NCBI GenBank assembly: GCA_026023565.1
Contig: JAPETS010000012.1
Span: 682,001 to 746,000 of the forward strand
DNA: 64,000 bases
Source of the DNA: Cirrosporium novae-zelandiae
Taxonomy: Eukaryota
Direction of reading: 5' to 3'
Below the pieces are notes generated by a model, which saw nothing but the letters and a program-made list of their open reading frames with translations, was not told the DNA's origin and searched no databases. Both the position numbers and the translations under genes were made by a program. Positions 50,690-63,621 of this stretch are shown here, piece after piece; position 1 is the stretch's first letter, and the number at the start of each line of letters is the position of its first letter.

Positions 50690-50820
50690 CATACCATACA
50701 TCCATACATCCATACATCCATACATACATACACACACGCACACACACACCCACACACACATACAACATACAGCATACAGCATACAGCATACGGCATACAG
50801 CACACACAGCTCACAGCACA
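50690..50820. repeat. Compound microsatellite (CATACATC / CA / CAGCATA units)
   Basis: Visible consecutive short-unit arrays. Confidence 0.85.
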
Positions 50821-52226
50821 TAGTAATCAACTTTTTCAAACAACTTATACTTAGTAACTTAACTAATTGGTGAATGCCAATGCCTTCACTTGATTGATTG
50901 ATTGCCCTTTTTTATTGCTGATCATCTCCCATCATAGCTCTTTACAGTCAAAGATGGTGTCCTCAATTGCCCAAGTATCTAGGTAACTAAACATAATTAT
51001 TTCTATTCAAAAAAGTCTTCGAATGTTCCATCCTTTTGTTTGCTCCACTTCGTTCCATCCCAATGGTAATTCTACTAACTGGATACATTGATCCAATCTA
51101 TTGAATCAAAGGTCTTCGGGATGGCAACTTCATCATGTTCCACCCTTTACTCAACCCTCTGAAGCTCTAAATCCTCTAACCCTCTACTCTTCTACTAACT
51201 CATCCTCAACGTCCATCAATTACCCGCTCCTCTTACACACTCACTCGAATCAGATAAGAATTAACAACTTAACTTGATCCATCACCTCCATCTACCTAGT
51301 CCGCTGGACTTTTGCCACGCGTGCCACGAATATTCAATGGCCGAGAACAAACTTCACCTTTCGAATCCCTTCCGACGATACACCTCACATCTTAATTCTA
51401 TTAATCATCTATCCATTTTTGTCCAAGCTGCATCTTCAATCGCGATCCAAGGAATAAACTACACCCAGTCCCCACCAGTAACTGTGGTATCGCCATCGCT
51501 GACAGCTGGCGGTTGGCCACACAACGACATGGCACGCCCAGCTTGAATGCTTCTGCTCCAGGAATGGTCCAAATACAAAACATTATACATTTGAGGCTTG
51601 CGCGAGAGTGCCCCTAACGGCTTGACCCGCTGACCGGGCTTGAAAACAACCAGCACAGCTTGCTTCTGGTGTGCCAGGGCCTTCCCACGTCTCAACGCCA
51701 ATTCTTACGGGCAATGTTCTACCGGTTTCCCTCACCTTCATCAATGGGTTGCTATTTTTGATGCTCCTTCCTGGAAAATCAAGTGTATAGTACCTATTAC
51801 GTGCCTTAGTCTTTCGGAGAAGTGAGCCCTTGTAAAGCCTAATGCAGGAAAATTTGTTTTGCATCAACCAGGCCGAACAGGGCCCTGAGTATGTTATGTA
51901 TCCCTTCAATAATGCACAAGTACCAGAGTCTGCACCTTGGGGCCAATTTGCCACAGACTATTAAATCCATCAAACTTCCTACCATTAGGAATCTACCCCG
52001 TTCCGAAGTTTGTGTTCATGTCCACTTCCCACCACTACCATCTGCATCTAACTCGGGGAGACTGGTACACGTCTCTTACCTTGTATGGGTTTCGTCCAAT
52101 GATCCCAGAATATTTTCTTCACGGACCCTAGAAACCAGACCGTCGGGTTTCAGAGTGTGGATTTACAACCCTAAGCAGATTGCCCGGAAAACGGAGATGC
52201 TGCCACATTAAATGGGCGTTTGATAT

Positions 52227-53241
52227 TCATGTGGCATAGAATGCGTCGTTTTGGAGCTGTGATACCGCAATTACTGAAACAGTCGTGTTGCCGATTCCCT
52301 TCTCATCGCTTTGCAGATAATAAATCTCTTTAATCCCGAACTTCTCGATGAACTGCACCACCTTTCCATAGTTCAACCCTACTTGCTCAACGGCATGGCT
52401 GTCATCCGAGAAGCAGAATCGTCCACCTTTTTCTACAAAAGTCTAGAATTCAATTAATATCTTAATCACAGTCGATCTTCTGTACTGGCCTCCAAAAGAG
52501 GCAATTGTTAATAACAAACAACAAACGTACCTCACATATTTCGCCCTTGGGATATGGCTCGTCCATGCCCTTCCTCAAACTCGCCGAGTTAAGCTCGAGC
52601 ATTCCACCATAAGTCGCCACAAATTCCAAGTTTCTCACAATCTTCTTCCACACACCATTCCATCTCTTGAAGCTGCCGTTGGGATCCACACTCTTCAACC
52701 TAATCAAATCAAAATGACCTACAACTTGCGGTTTGAGTGCTTTGAGCATATCCAGCTGCGCGTCAAAGTAATCCTCAAAAAGGCGTTCTTCGGTTCCACC
52801 AGAGAGTGACTGAGCTTTGGCGTACAAGGTGTGGTCAAGATCAATAGGAACGGCGTGGACATGGTGGATGCTTCCAAGGAAAAAATCAAACTCGTATTTC
52901 TGCAATAATCCCTCAATTATCACCCTGCTATTCCCTTTGCCGTCCTCTTTCCTAATCCAGTCACCTTCAAACCCGACCAGCACCTCGATCGTTCCTCTAT
53001 ACTTCTCTCGCAACCTTATCGCCTCTGTGTAATACTCCTTAAAGGTCCTGAAGAGACTCTCGGGCGTTACGCCAACGGCTACCTCTTCAGGGTAGAGATC
53101 TTCAGGCAAATCACGGGGCATATGTTCTGTCAAGGCAAATACGCGCATCTTGCGAGAGATGGCGGTGAGGAGCATTTCTTCCAGGGTGTTCGTTGCATGA
53201 TGACAAAATTGACCGGAGTGGCTGTGGTGTGAGAAAGGCAT
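52227..53241 (-). CDS. HIS2: Histidinol-phosphatase, PHP family (2 exons)
   Basis: MPFSHHSHSGQFCHHA, LTEHMPR, GFEGDWIR, GSIHHV, VVGHFDLIRL, ELNSASLRKGMDEPYP and exon 2 FCFSDDSHAVEQVG. Confidence 0.96.
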
Positions 53242-53751
53242 CTTTGACGTCAAGTCGGTTTCAGCAACAGCTGATGTCTCTTACCGACAATATTATATTT
53301 TCAGTAAGTAGGCTCCCTCGTGAAACTTTTGTCTATTAAAATGTTGAAAACATGGCGGATCACGGATTCCTGAGGAAAGTTCAGTTCTGAGAGTTCTTTT
53401 ACCTGCCTTTTGTGATATATTCAAATAACCCTTGGACAAGGGCCCCACCTACTTGCTACTACCATAGAACTGCCAGTACAACCGTGCCGCACCCGCGCGT
53501 GTAAAGATTCAGCTTTCCGATAGGCAAAGGTTCTCAATTGAGCGATCAAAGAGAGAAGGTCTACTCTAGCCAGCCCCACTTTGCTACCGAGGGCCCAGGG
53601 ACGATATTTCAAAGAAAAGGTTTTCTCTTGCGGAAAACTCCAACACATGTGAAGTTAATAATATGTGGTTGAATAGTAAGACGCAAATGAAAAAAGTATT
53701 CTATTATTATCGGTGACTAGCCAAGGTCCGTGATCGGTGTCCATCCCCTCA

Positions 53752-53758
53752 TGACTCC
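53752..53758 (+). promoter_or_regulatory. Possible Gcn4/CpcA element (ATGACTC) upstream of HIS2
   Basis: TGACTC core ~510 bp upstream of the HIS2 ATG. Histidine biosynthesis genes are canonical cross-pathway-control targets, but the hexamer is common by chance. Confidence 0.35.
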
Positions 53759-54855
53759 GAGAATGTTAATACCTGGAGGGCGTACTTGGTGTCCTTTTTT
53801 GGACAATTGCAACCCCAGTGAGAGCGAAAATGAAAAAATCCGGTTTTGCATAACTAAATCCAAGGTTAATTAACTAACTTGGGTACATTGTGAAAAAAAG
53901 AAAAGAAACGAGGGAAAAAAAGTAAAGATCCTTGACGCCTTAATAACTCTTATCTTATCCTTCTTATCACCCACACACAAAACACAAAAAGAAAGCCAAA
54001 CTCGTTTACCCTACCTGGCTAACGAACTCAGCGAATTATTATTCCGAAGAAAGATGGTTACGCGCAAAGCAAGCGTCGATGGAACTCACGAGAATTTCTT
54101 CGGCTCACTTTTAGCCGAGGGGACCTGACCACCGACCCAACCCGGTCATGGATCGCCATCGCTTTCCTCCGGACCTTCGGATCTTCGGGAAAGTTTCAGT
54201 TCGTTACCGATACTTTGAAGTGGTATGGGAGGACCTGTTTTTATGTGTACCTCCACTTCATCCTCCTCATCTCTCGTAAGGATTATGTTATGATGTGTGA
54301 AGGAATCCTTTCGAAACAAAGGCCCTTCGGGATTTTAGACGTTTCCCCTAGCTCTTACGGCCAAGACCCCAAGACCCCAAGACCCAAGACCTTACATATA
54401 ATCTGTAAGCCTCTCCTACTCACAGCACAAGGAGAGATTCTTGAACAACAAATCCAATTACTTTATTTGGCTGTTCTGGCCTCACCAGCATTTATTATTC
54501 CTCAGCTTTATTGGTACCATGTTATGCTGCCTGAACCTGCCTGGACCCAGCTCTAGGCCGCAGACTTGCGTAAATAATCCAACCAATACAACCCAAAGAA
54601 CGGCGCGTTTACTTCTTTTCCCTTTTTTTTTAATAAATATTCCAGGGACAATTACCTCCACCACCACCCTCTTTAGTTTTTCCTGCAGGACTTCCAGGTC
54701 ATATTACATCATCACCACAACCTCACACGACCTCACAACTCCCACCCCAAAACACAAAACCCAAAACCCCAAAAAATTAAAACCAAACGCCAAGTCCTAC
54801 TTCCTCATACCATAAATACCCCCCAAATTAAACCTAACCACATTTTACATATATA

Positions 54856-54986
54856 ACACAACTAACCTAGAGTGAGGCAATGACCGGGAGCTGGTTATTT
54901 CACCAAAATTTGGTCCTTAGCATAAGAGGCCGAAACTAGGTGCAACCGACTTTTGGTAAAGGTGACCAACTCTAGGTTGGTTGCGT
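54856..54986. mobile_element. 131-bp non-autonomous TIR element (MITE-like, Tc1/mariner-pogo type)
   Basis: Left end ACACAACTAACCTAGAGT versus reverse complement of the right end ACGCAACCAACCTAGAGT (16/18). TA on both flanks (54854-55, 54987-88); a second internal inverted block; no ORF. Confidence 0.7.
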
Positions 54987-57087
54987 TATATATTATAACC
55001 ATCTCATTACCCCAGTAACCCCCCCACCAAAAAAAGTCTCACTACCACTATTACCACCGTCATCAAATCCCATCTCATCTCCCCAATATGAAATCACCTA
55101 CCTACCTATCCAGCTTTCTTACTTTCTTACTTTCTTACTTTATTCACCATTTCACCAGAAGATAAACCGTTACAGTTCCCAGCCAGCCAATATGTTCAAC
55201 ATGTCCAATTAAGTTAAGTTAGGGCATATCTAGATATCTTATGCTATGCTCTTTCCACCACCTTTCTACTCTATACCTAGAAGTTCCCTACCTTGAATTC
55301 TACAGTAGCCCCTATGCTATATATTATAATTACTAGATTATCCCTAGATAGGATAGTAGATATTATGGTCCTTACTTTGCCTTAGCTTATTGAGTTTATA
55401 CAGTACGTATTTCTCTCTCTCTCTTAGGCATTGTAATAAACACCCAGAAACATAAAAATATAAAAAACAGAGGGAGAGAGGAAGATAAAAAAAAATACTT
55501 CCATCTATCTCCTTCCATCCCCCAAATTCAAATCCAATGCAAAACAAAGCAAAGTCACACATATCAATCAATCAATCAACCAACCAACCAACCAACCAGT
55601 TATTTCGCTATAGTCTATAATCAATAACCACTACCATGCCATACCTACCCATACTTACATACATACGTTATTTCCCCAAAGTCCCCAAGTCCAAAGTTCC
55701 CAAGTCCCAAATTCCTTCCTAAATCAAAAAAAAAAAACCAATCAATCCCCTTTTCCACTTTCTACTTTACTCCACTTCACTTTCACTTTAACATTCAAAG
55801 CTCCTTATTCATCTATCCACTTATTTTAGCTAGTTAGTTCCCTTGCTTGCTTGCTTACTTACTTGTTAAACAAAAGAGGGGGGGGGGGTCCCTTTCGATA
55901 TATATGCTATAAAGGGTATAAGAAAAGAAAAGTAGATCTTAGAATATATATCTAAGGAGAAGGGGAGAAGGAGCAAAAACACCCGATATACAAAAAAAGA
56001 AAGAAAAAAAAAAGGCTATAGATATATATTTATAAAATTTTAAATTTTAAAATTTGATATCACCCCCCTTAAGATTATTTTATTTATTTCTTTGTTTGTT
56101 TGTTTGTTTTGTGCTATACTATAAACTTTAACCCCTCTCTCTCTTTAATCTTTTTTTTTTTTTTTTTTTTTCGTTGTGCGTGTTAGGTGTGTTGGGTGTT
56201 TGAGGGGAGGGGGGGCTTTTTTTACGTTCAAGGATGGGGTTGGGATTGGGATTTGGTGTTTGGGATGGATGGATGGATAGATCAAATATATGACAAGTTT
56301 TGTTTGATATTTTATATAGATATAGATGTATGTATGTATGTATGTATGTATGTATGGCTTGTTGTTCTGTAGTTGGGGGGTTTTTGGAATTTGTCTCATG
56401 GGATCATGGGATCATACATATCTTCATGCTTTATTTTTTTTTTATTTTTTTTTTTTTTTTTGGCTATAAGTTTGTACGTTGTGTGCGTTGTGTGCGTATA
56501 GATTTTTCTGGTTATGAGTTACGGTTATAGTAGTTATTACATAAGGTGAAAAAAAAATTTGGTTGAGGTGGATGCGGATACGGAGGTAAAATGGAAGTGG
56601 AAGTGGGATAAGCTAAACTAGATTATATTGTAGCGGAATAGACTGGGCTATTTTATATCTATAACCATTCTATTGTCGTTTTTTTGTTCATAGATTATGC
56701 TTTATTTTGATTTTTTTTGCTACAAGTGTGCGTGTGTGCGTATGAGATTTTTTTTTTGGTTTATGAGTTACGGTAATTGTGTATGAATGTATAAAGGAAG
56801 AGGAAAAAAAAGAGAAAAAAAAGAGAAAAAAAAGAGAAAAAAAAGAGAAAAAAAAGTTTGGCTGTAGATGAGGATATGGATGCCGATGCGGATACGGAGA
56901 TAAAATGAGATGGGCCGGGAAGGTATGGTGTGGTTGGGTTTGTGGATCAAGTCTGTATATGTTTTTATTTTATTTTACGAAATAACAGTGTTTTTGGGAA
57001 AGAAATGGACCCATGCTTCGAACCGTCTTTTTTTTTAAAAAAAAGAAAAATATGACCAACCCCCATCAACCCACTCATCCATCCATC

Positions 57088-59908
57088 TTAAACACCAACA
57101 CCCCCCAGCCCCAATCCCATTTCCATTTCCATCTCCCTTTCCTCCTGATCCCTCCACCCCCCCTGAAAATCAAACGTATTCCACAGATTAAAAGAATCAT
57201 GAAAGAGATCTTCCATGCTATTTGGATCCGTCATGTTCTGAAGGATGTCGAGGTCGTTTTCGTCGGCGTCCGGTTGGAGCCACTGCGTTGTTGCCGTGGG
57301 CATTCCGTCGGTCCAGTAGGCGTGGGCGTCGATGATGGGTTGGTTGGTGGAAGAGGGGGGGAGGTTGAATGAGGGGGTTTGGGTGCTGGGTTGATTCTGG
57401 CTTGGAGTGGTGGTGCTGTAGTTGGGGAGTTTGATGTTGGTGTTGGTGTTACTGGTTACTGCGGTTGGGTTGTCGGTGGTTTTAGCTGGGGCAGTATTGC
57501 TAAAATGAGGGTTCTTTGGTTCAGGTCTATTTGGTTGTTGCTGTGGCTGTTGCTGCTGCTGCTGGCGGGGTGGACATGTAGCTTTCATCAAACGACGGAG
57601 AAACCTCTCGCTTCGCTCCACCCTCTTCTCATCGCGATGACGCACCATGTGAATAATTCCGAAACCTCGTCGGACCAGGTCCTTGGCTTTCTGTATGTCT
57701 GGATAAACTGCAACACGATCCTCGTCTCGCAACGCCATGACTGCAAAAAGGACGCATAGAGAGGTGAAGACGGAATGGAAATCTAGGGCCCAGACCTGGG
57801 ATAGACGGAGGGGTCTCCAGTAATCGATTAGTTCGATTAGTTGCTGGGCGGATGTGGCACAGATCCCAGCACTGAGTTGCGCCATTGAGATTTCGAATGG
57901 TGTTGGAGGGGTTGTTTCGTTGGAGGTTGACGTCGTCGTGGCAGGTTCGGCAGAAACATCCGAAAAGGGGGAGCGCCAGAGGCCTGGCTTTGATTGTGGC
58001 CAGGAGCGGGTTTCTGGTTTCTGGAGGAGGAATAACAGTGACTGTCGATGAAGTAGAATGCGCAATCCGAGAAACCTAGCGTTCAACATGTTTTTCTGAT
58101 TGAGGATCGGGAAAGGAAGATCCCCGATTGGGGTTATAGAGCCAGGAGTAAATTTCAAAAAGTCCGGGCGTGCATCTAATCCTTTCATTAGAATCCTGTC
58201 AAATTGGATTATCGTAGTCAGAGTGCAGAGTACTCGGTTCTCCAAGCTTTCACTAAGCTCCCAAGAATCGCTGTCATTTAAATCTAGTTCGTGGTAGTTT
58301 ATCTGAGGCATTTTGGGCCCATGGAGTCGCGACAATATCTCGTCGACTATATAGTACATTTTTATGTTGGTAAGAAAGAAGGCATTCAATGATGGAACAC
58401 CCTCTGGCTGCTTTTGACCACGAGCAATGTATATATCGTCGTCCGCAAGTGGTAGGTTGCTCTGAGAAGCTTTAAGGTTCACTTGTACGCTGCGAATGGG
58501 ACGGCCGTAAACCATACTCGAAACACTGAACGCACATTAATTGTTAGAAAATTCCGTTTCCCTGATTTTGGTACTTAATCTCACCGATCAAGACAAAAAC
58601 ATCCCCACCACAATCTCTTGCGCACTTCACGTTCTTCTGGCGGAAGGCCGTCATCGATGGGATTCGATACATGCAAGCCAAGTCCTTGCGCCATTCTTGT
58701 TGCATGACCAATTGCAAGCCAGGACTCGTTGGCACGCAGCGTGTATTGCTGATACTGTGCCATAAGAAGCAATGCTCTAACCATTTGAACACTGCTGTAA
58801 TTGAATGCTGTTGCAACAATAAGGTTCCTGGCCCGGAAGTAGAATTGCCGTCCTGTCTGATAAGCGTCTGTGATGGTAGATTCCAGTTCGGGTTCATCTT
58901 CGTAGCATTGACAAGCTAGCGCAAAAATGAGATTCAATTGGGCTATCCAAAGAGGACTCTGCTTTTCGTTGGACTCCCATGTCTGATTGAATTTCTTCCT
59001 GGTGACATCCTCCAAATTGAACGGCCAGATTGGGTGGCAGGTACTAAAGTATCGATCCAAGAGACATGTGGCTATATGACGAGCTGGCAATGAGTTAAAA
59101 TTCGAGGATAGAATGTATGACTTGATGAAACTATAACTCTCTTGCTCATCAAGCATTCCTTTCTCGCCCAAACAGAAGAAGCTTTCTTTATGGAAATCAT
59201 ACTTGTCCTCCTTTTGGCGTTCTCCGGGACTGGTAATTTCTTTCTTGGTGGATGCCTTGATATTCATTGCAAAGTGGAAAGATGATGTATCACCATAGAA
59301 TGTATTATTACCCATTTCTACCATGCCATCCATCACAGGAGTTCCCTCGCTGGCATCATCGTCAAACCCATTCGACTCATTCCCAGAGATGGCATCAAAA
59401 ACGAGCCCAGACGTGGAATCAGAAATGGTCGGCTCTGTTCCACTTGGCTGTCCAGGAGGCTGTACACCCAACCCTTCCTCATTCTCGACCGTTTGGGGTA
59501 TCTGTTTTTCATTTGCATTCTCTGGACGTGGCCCTGGAATTCCAAGTTTGGCTTCATATTCTTTCATTTTTGCTTTTAGATAGTCGACATGGCTAATGAT
59601 CAGACGGTCAGAGACAAGATATCCCAATCTGCGGAGATATTGTTAAGAACATACGCCTGAGAGCAAACAGCCCTTTTGTAGACTGGAGGATAGGTACACT
59701 CCCTGTTTCGTAAGGCGCAGTAAGAACATCTCGGTCGAGAAGAATCACAGCGGATTTTCTTGGCCTTGCAGGTTGAACAAGCCTGATGGGTCTGCTTTCC
59801 GCCTACAGCTCGTGACTTCGGGTTTGGCTTCCGACGTTTCGGTGGTAGACCACTGTTATCTGCATCTTGATCTTTGGCTTGAGCTGGAGGTTTAACTTGA
59901 TCCGACAT
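57088..59908 (-). CDS. Zn(II)2Cys6 fungal transcription factor with fungal-specific TF (middle homology) domain, 3 exons
   Basis: ACSTCKAKKIRCDSSRPRCSYCALRNRECTYP; YFSTCHPIWPF; AIGHATRMAQGLGLH; EREVRKRLWWGCFCLDR|...MVYGRP; acidic C-terminus. Confidence 0.95.
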
Positions 59909-61249
59909 GGTATAGGAATTATGTTGGAACAATAATTAAATGATGATTGTAGAGGATGGCTTCGTGGTTTCTCAGGCCAAGGAGCAAAAGCCTTTGGATT
60001 GAATTCATGGCTGACTCTGGGATAGCTGGCTCTCGGAACATGCCTCCGCTCGGGCTGACAAAGGAGGACATCTTGAGAGAGCTGTCGGTTTCAGCACTAA
60101 CTACATTATACCTATAAAGTAAAGCTTGATAATTTAGAAAGATTTATGTTGATTGGGTCTGAAAGTTCTCGTCCTAGGATACTTAACTAGGCAGGTCTGG
60201 AATAAATATACGAGTTAGGCCAGGGGAGCCATTTTCTATTGTCGGCCCGAACCGGGTCTCAGACATCCTCGAATCATTATAACTTATAACACAGCTATAC
60301 AATTGACAATATATACGTGAGTTCGTATTTAACTCACCGTTATTCGCCAATATCGACGTCTGCAGTCAGTGTACTGTACAGTATTGTCCCCGAGTGCCGT
60401 TATAGCCGTCTGCTTTGGAGGTGTGCAGTAGCTTAAGTATATACGACCAATGCCTATACGCTTATAATTCTATAGAGGACCCCAAGACGAAATGTCAAGA
60501 GAGGCACCAGTCCAGTCAGTTAGCTTCCCCAAACCAAAATACTTTAAAAACGCTTAGAGTCTACTTACAATATTTATCGCAGCCCAGCAACATGAGCAGG
60601 TTTCTCTCTTCCTCAGTCCCCATCAACGAGACAAAATAGCCTTGCTCTCTTCTTCTAGAATCATGTCCACATACCACAGAACCAATAACATATGCCATCA
60701 ATTCCAAATACTTGTTTCGAAATGCACTGTGTGCAAGGAGGGGGGGATAGCTTATCAAGCCAGACTAGACATTCATATCTGCAATTGAATTATATCGTCT
60801 ATGTCGTATTTATATGTCGGAATTGTCATATAGACATCTTTATTGACCGATGGACAGCAGTGTTATAAATAAAACAACACATAGGTCTTTTCAAAGAAAC
60901 GAAAGTTGGAGCCTTTTTTTTCAAGCTTGAATACTTTCGACGGGTTGAAATGAAAGCGACTAGACCCAAAGATAGAACGAGAATAATGACCTTAAAGAGG
61001 CCTTCAAACAAAACTAATTTTCAATAACAATTCAATTGAAGGCTTCTTTAAGGTTACTATTTTCGTTCCATCCTTGGGTCTGGTTGCTTTCATCTCTACC
61101 TGTCAAAAGTAGACATCGAGATATGGAAATTATCATTCTAATTCCCAAATTACCATTCTACCCCCATCAATCCCCACACCAAAAAAAATCCACAACTCCT
61201 TCCCTTCCCCGTTCTTCCCCCCCCCCCTCCAATAAAAATTATCAACTCC

Positions 61250-61334
61250 TGGTCAGTACGGGGGTCGAACCCGCGACATCCGCGTTACACTTTGCGTATT
61301 AGCACGGCGCTCTAACCAACTGAGCTAACCGACC
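61250..61334 (-). tRNA. tRNA-Ile (anticodon AAT) with 11-nt intron
   Basis: Reverse complement GGTCGGTTAGCTCAGTTGGTTAGAGCGCCGTGCTAATA[CGCAAAGTGTA]ACGCGGATGTCGCGGGTTCGACCCCCGTACTGACCA. Acceptor, D and T arms are intact and the intron lies at the canonical 37/38 position. Confidence 0.95.
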
Positions 61335-61840
61335 ATTTTCCTGTGGGAGTTTTGTGATTTGATGGAAAGGTGGGCGCGTTAGTGGGAATATGAGTGAGCG
61401 TGGGTGTGGGGGTTCGGAGATTCGGAGATGGGGAAGAAGTGGGAATGGAGGAGGTTGTTGGATTTTATTTTTTATTACTATTATTATTATTATTATTATT
61501 TGTTGTGAAATGAAGAGGAGATGAGATGAGATGAAAAAAATATGTCTAAAGATATAAGTAAAAAAATATTAAAGGGGATATGTATGGTGTGGGTAGGTAT
61601 AAATTTTTTTTTTTTACATATTTATGAACAAGGGTAATTTACATCAGTTTCGAACTATGTTACAAAACTCTTTTTTGATTGATCGAGATAGGACGTAGAC
61701 ATACATTATATATGCTATTATTGAAATTAGGAGGAATAGCTAGCTAAAGGAGCTGGCTCGTCATCATCTTTCATCATCTTTCGTACCCATTATTTCGGAA
61801 ATGTCATTGCTGACTGACTGACAAGCAAGTCAATTTATAT

Positions 61841-63621
61841 TTACTCTTCTTTCTTCCCTTCCGTCTTGTCCTTCTCCTTCTTTCCATCCGCTCCATCTAC
61901 CGCTTTATCACCCCATCCATCTCCCCTCAGAATCCCCATCCCTTTCCTCAACATGCCATCGGTAACCGCCTCTGGGTCAACCTCATAGACCACATTAACC
62001 AGCGTCAACCCCAAGACAAAGAACCCTAGATCGACCCCCATTCTCCTTTTCCACCATCCTCGTTTTGAGCCCACCTTCATCAGACTATCCAGACTCGCTC
62101 GCGTGCTATACAGGAAAGCCGGTCTCCCGTTTTTCTTGGCTAGAATGGCCCAGAATCCAGCCAAGAACCCAGCAAGACAGAAGCGCTGGGTCGGGAAAAA
62201 GTTACGAGGGAAAGTGTTGATAAAGAGGCAGATGGAGGCCCATGCAGTGCCGATGGAACCTGAGATAAAGAGAGAGGAGCGGAGGACATTATGGAGTATA
62301 TCAGTGATGAAGCTGATGGGAGAAGAAAGTAGTTTCTGGTACTTCGGGATCGAGAATGCGGTAAATATTAGAGCAAGGTATTTGGCGAGCTGTGGAATGG
62401 AGAGAAGAAAGTGTTGGAGGTAGGGCAGGAGACAGGAGGGTGTTCCCGGGTGAATAAGAGCGCAGGAGAGGGAGGTATGAATGGGATGCGCGGAAGAGGT
62501 TATGGGATCGAGGTTGGTAAGAGAGGGCGGGAGGGTTTCTGGTTGGTCGGGGAATAGAATTGGGGATGTGAATGCTCTGTAGATAGGTTATTATTGACAT
62601 AACACGCCTTGGGGTGGTGGACTCACGGCCAATTCAATTTAGCCATTTCACCTAACCCATCGGCGATTTCGAGTGTGGTTGGCCAGGAGAGATGCGAAGG
62701 GTAATCTGCTGGTCGACGTTGGATATAATTTGGAGTATTTTTGAGTATAAAAGTCCCGAATTCCTTTTCTCCAGTCAGTACTTAGGTGAGTGTCCCATTT
62801 TGCAAAGATTAGTTATCTATACCTCCGGGAAACAATCTCGATCAAATATAAAAGCGTGGAGCAGCTGTCCAAATGTCAAGGGTTGGAGCATCCAGCTTCC
62901 AAACCACCATGGTCTATCCTTAAACCATCCTTCATTCTCAAGTGCATTGTAAGCAAATTGTAATCCGTTTGTAACGAAGAATATTGCAGCAGTTAGCCGG
63001 AGCTGTTCTTCAGGATAAACGCCCAACGCGAATCCTGCAAGACTGGCTCCAACCGCGGGTGCGAGAGAGGATGTAAGAGCTTTGGAGACCCGAGGATTTC
63101 GTCGTCGGAAGGGTAGCGCATTTTGGTGGAGAAGATTAACACGGAGACGAACAAAGAATCGACGGAGAATACGATGAAGAAGGAGGATTAATGAAAGGGA
63201 AAGGGGGAGACGAAAGTTGGGCGATTTAAGAAAGGGTATCTTCGGTTTGGCTCTAGTTATATCAATTAGCATAAGCACTTCTCCTCGGCATACAAGAGTC
63301 ATACTTTTCCACAGCGCCTTTCTTGAATAGCTGCGATTTGACAACATCAATCAATTTTAGTCCCGCTGATACAGCAATAAACACCCGTAGAGCCGCCCGA
63401 ACAGTAGCAATATTATAATCATCTTTCGACTTGACAATGGCTTCGTATCTGGACGGAGAAGGAACCTTCCTCTTCACGACAGGCGGACTCCGCGTCAGTA
63501 GGTATTTATGCAGAGTCTCGTACTCTTGAGCGGAAAGGCTGTAGCGGAGCGCATTGCGAACGATGACATCGCTTGTCGCTTTCGACGTGGAGGGAGGCGG
63601 CGAGGAATCCTGCGAAGCCAT
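61841..63621 (-). CDS. TMEM135-like integral membrane protein (multi-exon)
   Basis: RNALRYSLSAQEYETLHKY, RAALRVF, LHRILRRFFVRLR, RPWWFGSWMLQPLTFGQLLHAFIFDRDCFP, GTAWASICL, LAGFWAIL. Confidence 0.8.

Noticed and set aside
51274..52211. Cluster of short ORFs between FKBP and HIS2
   Set aside because: No recognisable motifs or consistent splice pattern; cannot support a gene call.
54856..54986. Possible 5S rRNA or hammerhead ribozyme
   Set aside because: Only GGTGACCA and CGAAAC resemble those RNAs. There is no CUGANGA core or 5S internal sequence, and TIR plus TA flanks fit a MITE better.
40965..59908. One large cluster comprising hydantoinase, transporter, HIS2 and the Zn2Cys6 TF
   Set aside because: Interrupted by FKBP and long spacers, and HIS2 is a core biosynthetic gene; only the divergent pair is supported.
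60013..60018. TGACTC hexamers upstream of the Zn2Cys6 and FKBP genes
   Set aside because: Hexamer expected many times by chance in 64 kb; no supporting context.
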